From contig CALIIL010000084.1 of NCBI GenBank assembly GCA_938017685.1, forward strand, positions 2,089 through 34,088: a stretch of 32,000 nt of DNA, read 5' to 3'. Positions 8,074-15,629 of the stretch are shown in pieces (within the stretch, counting starts at the first letter, position 1; the number at the start of each line of letters is the position of its first letter). The DNA is from an uncultured Chitinophagaceae bacterium (lineage in GTDB: Bacteria; Bacteroidota; Bacteroidia; Chitinophagales; Chitinophagaceae). Made by a program: the position numbers and the translations under genes. The notes under the pieces are model-generated. The model ran no database searches. It was given only the letters and a program-made list of their open reading frames with translations, and was not told where the DNA came from.

Positions 8074-10236
8074 ATGAAAAAGATATTATTACTGTTTATT
8101 GCCTTATTTGCCTTAATGAATCTGTCTGCTCAAGACAGAAAGATAACTTTTACTTCATGTGTAAATGTTCTTAATGATACTGAAGCTGAAATCATTATTA
8201 CGGGCAAAATTGCTAAAAGTTGGCACATGTACTCTTTTAATCCCGGAGGCGATGGGCTGGCAATTGTTCCAGATGTGCAAATTGAAGCGGTAAAAGGAAT
8301 TCAAAAACTGGGGAAAGTTAAGGAGAGAGGTAAATTAATTACTGAAGAAGTTATTGGTGAGAAATGGAATTGGTATAAAAATAAGGTCCAGTATATTCAA
8401 AAAATTAAATTTGATAACCTTGACAAAAAGCTCAAATGGAATATTTATTATACAATATGTAATGACCAAGGCTGCTTGCCTCCAGTCACGGAAAACTATG
8501 TTGTAGACTTGGATAAGGCTTGTGATGGTGGTAGTAATGTAGCTAAAACAACAGGCGTAAAACAAGACCCAAAGAAAGTAGCAGCTGAAAGAAAGCGTTA
8601 TGAAGATTCTGTGGCGGCAGCCAAAGCAGCTGAAGATGCTAAGTTTAAAGTGATACAAGACTCAATTGAGAATGCGCAACGACTAGCATTAGCTGCCAAA
8701 GACGATTCAACTAAGCAGGCAAATGACTCGCTTGCCAATCTTACAGGAGAAGGTACAAGTAATGGAGGTAGCAGTGAAAGTGCGGATAAGATATATGGAG
8801 AATATGGTTCTATCGTTGGCGATTGTGGCGAAACACAAGATGCCGGCTTAAGTATGTGGACAGCCTTTCTTTATGGAATTTTGGGTGGCTTAGCCGCATT
8901 GTTTTTCCCATGTACTTTACCTATGATACCTATGACTATTTCTTTTTTCTTAAAAAGTGCCGGCGATAAACGTCAAGGTATTAAAAATGGTATTTGGTAT
9001 GGCTTCTCTATTTTCTTAGTATATTTTTTATTGAGCCTTCCGTTTTTATTCCTCGGTTGGGGTGGTAATGCACTGAACTCCTTTTCTACAAACGTCTGGG
9101 TTAATCTAGTCTTTTTTGCAGTATTTATAGTTTTTGCATTCTCTTTATTTGGCTTTTATGATATCAGCTTGCCAAGTTCAATGACAAACAAGATTGATGC
9201 GAAAAGTAATACAACCAGTTTTGGAGGGATTTTCTTTATGGCTTTGACATTAGCCATAGTATCATTCTCTTGTACGGGTCCAATCTTAGGATTAGTATTA
9301 GGTAATATTAGCAATACTAAATTAATTACACCGGCCATGTCTGGTTTTGGAATAGGCTTAGGTGTTCCTTTTGCATTGTTTGCCATGTTCCCTAACTTAC
9401 TTAAAGCCTTGCCTAAATCAGGTGGTTGGCTTACGGTGTTGAAAGTAGTTTTTGGTTTCATTGAATTAGCCTTTGCTCTTAAATTCTTATCCAATGCTGA
9501 TCTAGTCATGGGCTGGGGATTATTGAAAAGAGAAACGTTCTTAGCTATATGGGTTATACTATGTATTATTACTGGCTTGTATTTACTAGGGAAGTTTACG
9601 GTTAAAAAAGGTGATGTCGTTCAGAGTACGCGTAATATGAAAATATTTGCAATTATTTTCTTTTTACTCGGTGGTTATGTAGCCTTAGATTTTGTTGGTG
9701 TTAATGTAAATCTATTTGGTTTCCCCCCGCCTAAGTTCTATGCATATAGCTATCATGATGATAATCATGAGGAAGGAACGCACACCATTAACGGTATAAA
9801 GACATACACGGATTTAGAGAAAGCCATGGAAATAGGTAAGCGCGAGGGCAAGCCAGTCATGATAGATTTTACAGGTTGGGCTTGTGTTAATTGTCGTAAA
9901 ATGGAAGAGTTAGTATGGCCAACGCCAAAAGTTAAATCCTACTTGGTAGACAACTATATTGTTGCATCACTTTATGTAGATGAGCAAAAAGAGCTGCCAG
10001 TTTCAGAACAGTTTATGTCACCTTATTTAAAACGAATGGCCGTTACGGTTGGAGATAAATGGTTTGATTTGGCATTGAGAAACTTTAAGGCCGCATCGCA
10101 GCCTTATTACGTTTTGATTGATCCAATTAATCAACGAATCTTAAATACGCCTAAGGCTTATACACCGGATGCTAGCGAATACGCCAATTTCTTGAAATGT
10201 GGTTTGAGCAATTTTGAGGAGTTGCATCCTAAATAA
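8074..10236 (+). CDS. dsbD: Thiol:disulfide interchange protein DsbD (alpha domain, TM beta domain, thioredoxin-like gamma domain)
   Basis: 720 aa with signal peptide. Alpha-domain motifs SWHMYSFNPGGDGLAIVP and YYTICNDQGCLPP. TM-domain cysteines FFPCTLPMIP and SFSCTGPILG. C-terminal thioredoxin CxxC GWACVNCRKME. Confidence 0.9.
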   Translation: MKKILLLFIALFALMNLSAQDRKITFTSCVNVLNDTEAEIIITGKIAKSWHMYSFNPGGDGLAIVPDVQIEAVKGIQKLGKVKERGKLITEEVIGEKWNWYKNKVQYIQKIKFDNLDKKLKWNIYYTICNDQGCLPPVTENYVVDLDKACDGGSNVAKTTGVKQDPKKVAAERKRYEDSVAAAKAAEDAKFKVIQDSIENAQRLALAAKDDSTKQANDSLANLTGEGTSNGGSSESADKIYGEYGSIVGDCGETQDAGLSMWTAFLYGILGGLAALFFPCTLPMIPMTISFFLKSAGDKRQGIKNGIWYGFSIFLVYFLLSLPFLFLGWGGNALNSFSTNVWVNLVFFAVFIVFAFSLFGFYDISLPSSMTNKIDAKSNTTSFGGIFFMALTLAIVSFSCTGPILGLVLGNISNTKLITPAMSGFGIGLGVPFALFAMFPNLLKALPKSGGWLTVLKVVFGFIELAFALKFLSNADLVMGWGLLKRETFLAIWVILCIITGLYLLGKFTVKKGDVVQSTRNMKIFAIIFFLLGGYVALDFVGVNVNLFGFPPPKFYAYSYHDDNHEEGTHTINGIKTYTDLEKAMEIGKREGKPVMIDFTGWACVNCRKMEELVWPTPKVKSYLVDNYIVASLYVDEQKELPVSEQFMSPYLKRMAVTVGDKWFDLALRNFKAASQPYYVLIDPINQRILNTPKAYTPDASEYANFLKCGLSNFEELHPK

Positions 10237-10255
10237 ACTTAAAATGTTTATAAAA

Positions 10256-10292
10256 GAAAATCCGCCTTCAACGAGGCGGATTTTCTTTTTTT
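10256..10292 (+). terminator. Rho-independent terminator after dsbD
   Basis: Perfect 12-bp stem GAAAATCCGCCT / AGGCGGATTTTC (10256-10267 and 10274-10285), 6-nt loop, then a T-rich tail TTTTCTTTTTTT. Confidence 0.85.
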
Positions 10293-10313
10293 AGTAAAGC
10301 CACAAATTATTGT

Positions 10314-10321
10314 TAGTTTTG
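10314..10321 (+). promoter_or_regulatory. Candidate -7 promoter box TAGTTTTG upstream of the 10371 membrane-protein gene
   Basis: Exact TAnnTTTG match 49 nt upstream of the ATG at 10371, just downstream of the dsbD terminator. Confidence 0.35.
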
Positions 10322-10370
10322 ACTGGACTTGCAATCATTTCTACATAACATAGAGCGTCGCTTGACGCAA

Positions 10371-11987
10371 ATGTCACAACTAATATTGTTTGGGATATTC
10401 TGTTGTGTGCTGTTATTATTATACTGGCCCGTGCGACATTATTTATTAATTGATGATGGGATTTCTGGTTTATGGGAGGTAAGGGATATGCCTTGGACTG
10501 ATTTCTTTCACTCTTTTGGCTACGGCAGTTTGTACCAATTTCATTATTTGTCTTTGGTTATTATGGAGCGTTTGTTTGGAATAGAATCGCAGTATTATTT
10601 TATTGTATTGACAGTATTACATGCATTTATTGCCTGTTACATTGTTCAAGTATTTAGGCAGTTGCTTACTTTTTTTAAGATTGCTTTTCCGGTTTTGTTT
10701 TCTTTTTTATTGGCTTTGTTTTTTGTTTCATCGCCACACTTATTTGAAACCATGGCATGGGCTGGACCCTCGCATTATGTTATTACGCTATTGTTATACT
10801 TGATTATGTTCAATGAGTTTTTTAAAGCATTGAATAAGCAAGTTTGGAATAAGTTTGTCTTTTTTACTGCCTTTGTTATGGCAGTATTCACCTTTGAAAT
10901 GAGTATGATGTTCTTGCCTAGTTTCATATTGTTAGCTCTTTTATTAAGAAGGGATGAGGCGTTTCTTATTCTATTTAAACGGCTAGCAGCTTTATACGTT
11001 CCCATGTTTCTAGTTTTGGTTGTTGCCTATACTTATTTATATTTTCAAACTAAAACCTTGATACCTCATGGTATGTCTATGGATGCAATGGGGCAGTCGT
11101 TTAGTATTTATGGCGATCATTTAATCGTTTATTTATCTCGTATTTGGGGCTATTCTCAGGCCTTGTCATTTCCATTAAGAGAAGGATATTACTCACTTGT
11201 TAGTGCTTATTATGGCTGGGGTGTGTTATTACTGTTGGTTGTTGTGGTTATTGTTTTTATTAAAAAGAAAAGGCTTGCACTGTTTTTGTTTTTTAATGGC
11301 GTGTTGTTTTTACTGCCGTATTTATTTCGTTCTCATTCAGTAATGAATCAATTTGAGAATATGCGTTTTGCCTATTTTGCTTTTGTGTTTATTATGGCAT
11401 CCGTATTAGTCTTGCTTTGGCAAAAGAGTGCTGTGCTGAGCACGGGTTTTATTATAATATTACTTATTATTAATACGATGACAAGCTTGCGCGGAGTGCA
11501 TGCTAAAGTGTTGAATGGTCAGTTGCATGAGCAATACCTCAGCGAATTAAATAAATTTGAGGCCGCAGAATATTACTTATTAAACGTACCCTCTTTTTGC
11601 CAAGGACACTTTGTATTTAGAGCAGATAATAGATTAGGTATAGCAGCACAAATGCATGCTAAGAAGGAAGCGCCTGAGGCCTTTAAAGAAGTAATGTGGT
11701 ACTATGCGCAGAGTGTTTCGGACTCCTTTGATGTTGAAGTGATGAATGATAGTACATTGAGCATTCAACCAAGAACAGATGGTGTGTGGTTAATGGATGA
11801 AGATCGCGGTGCCTCCAATTATGAAACGGATGATTACAAGGTGGAAATAGGAGAGTGGAGTAGGTACACTGTGACTTTTAAAAAGAAACACAACGCTAAA
11901 AAGAGCGTTGTGTTGTTATATTCTAAAGGCGAATTAATAGAGATTAATTTATCGCTTCCGCGCCAAAGTAAGATTGCAATACCTTAG
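10371..11987 (+). CDS. Large polytopic membrane protein of unknown function (possibly GT-C-like)
   Basis: The ORF track starts at TTG 10329; I prefer the first ATG at 10371 (MSQLILFGIF...). About 11 or more TM segments, an IDDG acidic motif in the first loop, and a ~150-aa soluble C-terminal domain. Confidence 0.65.
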   Translation: MSQLILFGIFCCVLLLLYWPVRHYLLIDDGISGLWEVRDMPWTDFFHSFGYGSLYQFHYLSLVIMERLFGIESQYYFIVLTVLHAFIACYIVQVFRQLLTFFKIAFPVLFSFLLALFFVSSPHLFETMAWAGPSHYVITLLLYLIMFNEFFKALNKQVWNKFVFFTAFVMAVFTFEMSMMFLPSFILLALLLRRDEAFLILFKRLAALYVPMFLVLVVAYTYLYFQTKTLIPHGMSMDAMGQSFSIYGDHLIVYLSRIWGYSQALSFPLREGYYSLVSAYYGWGVLLLLVVVVIVFIKKKRLALFLFFNGVLFLLPYLFRSHSVMNQFENMRFAYFAFVFIMASVLVLLWQKSAVLSTGFIIILLIINTMTSLRGVHAKVLNGQLHEQYLSELNKFEAAEYYLLNVPSFCQGHFVFRADNRLGIAAQMHAKKEAPEAFKEVMWYYAQSVSDSFDVEVMNDSTLSIQPRTDGVWLMDEDRGASNYETDDYKVEIGEWSRYTVTFKKKHNAKKSVVLLYSKGELIEINLSLPRQSKIAIP

Positions 11988-13212
11988 GAATTTTTATGCT
12001 GTCCTCCGTTTGGTTATTTTCTAATAGACAAGCTAGTATTCTTGGCAAAGCCAATGATGAACCATTTAATGAATGTACTAATTCCGTTTTTCCTTCTGCA
12101 TTGCGCGTGCGTATTTTCATACGGTTTGTTTGGAAGTTTTCGAAGTTAGATACTGAGCTTACTTCTAACCAACGTTTTTGCGCAGCGCTATATACTTCAA
12201 AGTCATAAGTAATAGCCGATGCAAAACTTACATCTCCACCACAAAGTCTAAGTATGCGATAAGGTAGTTCTAGGTTTTGGATTAATTTTTCTACGTGAGC
12301 AACCATTTCATCAAGCACATCGTAAGAGGTATCGGCCTTAACCATTTGTACAATTTCTACTTTATCAAACTGGTGTAATCGGTTTAAACCACGCACATCT
12401 TTCCCGTAGCTCCCGGCTTCTCTTCTAAAACAAGGCGTGTAGGCTGTCATTTTTATTGGCAGTTTTTCTGGTGCAATAATATCTCCACGATAGATATTTG
12501 TGACCGGCACTTCGGCAGTAGGTATTAGGTAAAAATTATCGGCCGTTGCATGATACATTTGACCTTCTTTATCTGGGAGTTGTCCTGTGCCATAAGCACT
12601 TTCTTCATTGACTAAATGTGGTGGCATGAACTCTTCATAACCAGCCTCGGTATTATAATCTAAGAAGTAGGCAATTAAAGCTCTTTGTAATTTGGCACCT
12701 TTTCCTCTGTATACTGGGAAACCAGAACCTGTAATTTTAGTTCCTAATTCAAAATCAATTAAATTGTATTTTTCAGTAAGCGCCCAATGCGGCAGGGCGC
12801 TCTCGCTTAATGTAGGTATTTCATCCGTTTTGATCACTTCATTTTCCTCTTCGGACTTTCCAGGAGGCACACTCGGGTGCGGAAGATTAGGAAGCTTCAC
12901 TAATTCATCATGCAGTTCTTTCTCTAACTGCTGTAATTGTGCACCCAATTCTTTTGATGTGCTTTTTAATTGGCCTACCTCGCCTTTCTTTACTTCAGCT
13001 TCTTCTTTTTTGCCTTGCCCCATGAGCATGCCAATTTCCTTAGAAGCTTTATTGATACGCGAAAGCTGCTCGTCATTTTGAGCTTGTGTTTTACGCTTTT
13101 TTTCATCTAAGCTTACGATAGATTCAACAATAGCTGTAGCGTCAAAATTCTTCGTTTTAAGACTGTTGATGACAGTTTCTTTTTCTTCTCTTATTTTTTG
13201 AATTTGGAGCAT
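11944..13212 (-). CDS. serS: Serine--tRNA ligase
   Basis: 422 aa. N-terminal coiled-coil arm. Class-II motifs FRREAGSYGKDVRGLNRLHQFDKVE and GSSLALPRILACLLENNQ. Confidence 0.95.
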   Translation of the reverse strand: MLQIQKIREEKETVINSLKTKNFDATAIVESIVSLDEKKRKTQAQNDEQLSRINKASKEIGMLMGQGKKEEAEVKKGEVGQLKSTSKELGAQLQQLEKELHDELVKLPNLPHPSVPPGKSEEENEVIKTDEIPTLSESALPHWALTEKYNLIDFELGTKITGSGFPVYRGKGAKLQRALIAYFLDYNTEAGYEEFMPPHLVNEESAYGTGQLPDKEGQMYHATADNFYLIPTAEVPVTNIYRGDIIAPEKLPIKMTAYTPCFRREAGSYGKDVRGLNRLHQFDKVEIVQMVKADTSYDVLDEMVAHVEKLIQNLELPYRILRLCGGDVSFASAITYDFEVYSAAQKRWLEVSSVSNFENFQTNRMKIRTRNAEGKTELVHSLNGSSLALPRILACLLENNQTEDSIKIPKVLQSYFGAEAIN

Positions 13213-13272
13213 AACAAAATTTTCAGTTGGTAAAGATACGGCAGTGAAAATAGCTAGGCGTAATTTTTACAT

Positions 13273-13935
13273 TTAGAATCTAACACCAACCCGTAATTCT
13301 AATTGGAAACGCGTAAGGTTCTCATTGCCATTTAAGTCTTCTATTTTAGGTAATCCATTGGGCACTTCTTCATATCCAATTCTTTCTCCTTTGCGCCCTC
13401 CAGTAAAGTATGTTGCAACATTAGCACCTAAATACCAATTTTCATAGGATTGATAAATACTACCTGCCTTTAATCCAAAGCCCACTCCTTTAGAACGGTT
13501 TTGACGATAAAATGCTTCGCCAAATTCCCCGCTAGAGTATGTTCCTAAAGTATTGAAGCGAGTATAATAGAAGCTACACTCCCCAAAATAATTAAAGGTC
13601 CCCAATATTTCTTGCTTAAAATAATGCCTTATACCAGTAGAAAATTGCCATTGATTATATTTAAGATTGCCTTTATAGAGATTGGAGCTGTCTTTGGAAT
13701 CATCGTTGTAGTTCATACTTATCTCTTGAATGGCCAATACAATATAAGTTTGTTCAAATGCATAACGCTGATAGTTCACACCAAATTCATTCAATACTTT
13801 TAAAGGCTTAGCACTTGCGTAGTGTATATTACCAATGGCAGACAATCCAAATTCAGCTACGTGCTTTTCTTGAGCAATAACTTTTACTGAACTTATTGTT
13901 AGAATTAACAGGATTAAGGAGCTAATTTTTTTCAT
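13273..13935 (-). CDS. Small outer-membrane beta-barrel protein
   Basis: 220 aa with signal peptide ending VIAQ. Alternating aromatic/Gly-rich strands and a C-terminal ...RVGVRF. Confidence 0.7.
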   Translation of the reverse strand: MKKISSLILLILTISSVKVIAQEKHVAEFGLSAIGNIHYASAKPLKVLNEFGVNYQRYAFEQTYIVLAIQEISMNYNDDSKDSSNLYKGNLKYNQWQFSTGIRHYFKQEILGTFNYFGECSFYYTRFNTLGTYSSGEFGEAFYRQNRSKGVGFGLKAGSIYQSYENWYLGANVATYFTGGRKGERIGYEEVPNGLPKIEDLNGNENLTRFQLELRVGVRF

Positions 13936-14020
13936 AATTCTGAGATAATTAAAGATAGTTACTTATTTGAAAGGGTAAGCCACTTGACAATCACTAATTT
14001 ACTCAACGTTCAAGTTGTAC

Positions 14021-14668
14021 TTAGAAACGATAGCCAATACGGAGTCCAATTAAGTTACTTTTCATATTAATTAGCCTTAAGTCTTTAATAGTAGTATAGG
14101 AAGAGCCAACAAGTACATTGTTTTCTGTATGCTGTTCAACCCATGAGTTTGATATGTTTAATGCGGAGTTTAAAGAAAAATAAAAAGTTCGCGAGATGTT
14201 ATATTGGTATCCAAGTCTAAGCGTTGAGCCTAACCCAAATCCCCTTTCGGCTGACTCGGTGCGCCCTCCTGAGAACCCGCCTGCTCCCCAACGAGAATTG
14301 TTCAATGTTTTATAAACAAGGCTAGCTTCGCCAAACAGTTGATTTTTTTTATTGACTTGCCAAAGTGTGCGTCTAACTCCAACTGACGTTTCAAATTCGT
14401 TTATTTCATTGCCATAGCAATAGTTTGCTGGACATGGCGAAGTGAACTTATTTTCACGAAAGGCAATACCAAAAATTAGTTTATAGTTTGGGTTGAGTTG
14501 GTAAGTGTAATATAGATTTGGATTAAATTGTTTATAAATTCTATTGCTCAGGACATTTATAATTGGATATGCAGTCAAAACTTCACTTTCTATCGCATGT
14601 TTTTTATTCTGCGCACACAATGGTTCTAGCATTAATATTAAAAGTAGCGATAAGGTGATAGCTTTCAT
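14021..14668 (-). CDS. Small outer-membrane beta-barrel protein (distant paralog of the neighbour)
   Basis: 215 aa with signal peptide ending LCAQ and a C-terminal ...LRIGYRF. Shares FGE.S..Y ... G.G..L..G pattern with 13273-13935. Confidence 0.7.
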   Translation of the reverse strand: MKAITLSLLLILMLEPLCAQNKKHAIESEVLTAYPIINVLSNRIYKQFNPNLYYTYQLNPNYKLIFGIAFRENKFTSPCPANYCYGNEINEFETSVGVRRTLWQVNKKNQLFGEASLVYKTLNNSRWGAGGFSGGRTESAERGFGLGSTLRLGYQYNISRTFYFSLNSALNISNSWVEQHTENNVLVGSSYTTIKDLRLINMKSNLIGLRIGYRF

Positions 14669-14730
14669 AGAGCTGGTTTTGTCTAAATGTACAAATTAAT
14701 GGGCTAGTTTTCTGTCATGAATAAATCATT

Positions 14731-14738
14731 TAACTTTG
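14731..14738 (+). promoter_or_regulatory. Candidate -7 promoter box TAACTTTG, 7 nt upstream of the SDR ATG
   Basis: Exact TAnnTTTG match in the correct orientation. Confidence 0.4.
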
Positions 14739-14745
14739 CTCAACT

Positions 14746-15519
14746 ATGGATTTAAACCTAAAAGGAAAAACAGCTTTAGTATGCGGGAGCACACAAGGCA
14801 TTGGTTGGGAAAGTGCAAAAGCCTTGGCTAATATGGGTGCTAAGTGTATTCTTTTTTCGCGTAGCGAGGATAAATTAAAAGCCAAAGTGGATGAACTAGG
14901 AGAAGGGCACGCATATATTCATGCCGATTTTTCTAAGCCAGAAGAAGTACGTACTGTCGTGCAGAAATTAGTACAGGATGAGCACATTCATATCTTAATT
15001 AATAATACAGGAGGTCCTCCAGGAGGTAAAATTATTGATGCAGAAGTAGATGCTTTTCTGTTGGCATATAATCAGCATTTAGTGTGTAATCATATCATTA
15101 CACAAGCAGTAGTTGATGGTATGAAAAAAGATAATTATGGTCGTATAGTCAATGTTATTTCTACTTCAGTAAAAATTCCGTTGAATGGATTGGGTGTAAG
15201 TAATACAACACGCGGCGCAGTAGCTAGCTGGTCTAAAACAATGGCTAACGAATTGGCAGAATTTGGTATAACGGTCAATAATGTATTGCCTGGAGCAACA
15301 GAGACTGGTCGCTTAAAAAGTATTATTGAAAATAAATCAAAAAAGCTTTCTAAAGAATATAGTGAAGTTGAGAATAGTATGCTGTCGGTCATTCCAATGA
15401 AGCGATTTGCACAGCCAGATGAGATTGCTAATGTCATTGCATTTTTAGCATCTCCTGCGGCAGCTTACGTAACGGGACAAAGTATTTGTGTAGACGGCGG
15501 TCGAACAGGTTCCATTTAA
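14746..15519 (+). CDS. SDR-family oxidoreductase (atypical BKR-like subgroup)
   Basis: 257 aa. Rossmann motif GSTQGIG and NNTGGPP. At the expected YxxxK position the sequence reads SNTTR, so the canonical catalytic tetrad is not evident. Confidence 0.85.
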   Translation: MDLNLKGKTALVCGSTQGIGWESAKALANMGAKCILFSRSEDKLKAKVDELGEGHAYIHADFSKPEEVRTVVQKLVQDEHIHILINNTGGPPGGKIIDAEVDAFLLAYNQHLVCNHIITQAVVDGMKKDNYGRIVNVISTSVKIPLNGLGVSNTTRGAVASWSKTMANELAEFGITVNNVLPGATETGRLKSIIENKSKKLSKEYSEVENSMLSVIPMKRFAQPDEIANVIAFLASPAAAYVTGQSICVDGGRTGSI

Positions 15520-15553
15520 TTTGATGGTTTGATGATGAGCTGATTTGATGATG

Positions 15554-15588
15554 TTTCCCCCGCTGGCGGGGGATCAAGGGGGAGGAAA
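15554..15588 (+). other. GC-rich hairpin element with two alternative G-runs in the SDR-ALDH spacer
   Basis: TTTCCCCCGCTGGCGGGGGATCAAGGGGGAGGAAA. CCCCCG (15557-15562) pairs with CGGGGG (15567-15572). The same C-run can instead pair with GGGGG at 15578-15582. No T-tract follows. Confidence 0.35.
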
Positions 15589-15629
15589 CTAGGAATCTTT
15601 TTAAATTCAAAAGAGAATAAAAAATAAAA

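Noticed and set aside
10329-10370. TTG start for the membrane protein ORF
   Set aside because: The first ATG (10371) is followed at once by the first hydrophobic segment. The upstream 14 codons include a small hairpin and look like leader sequence.
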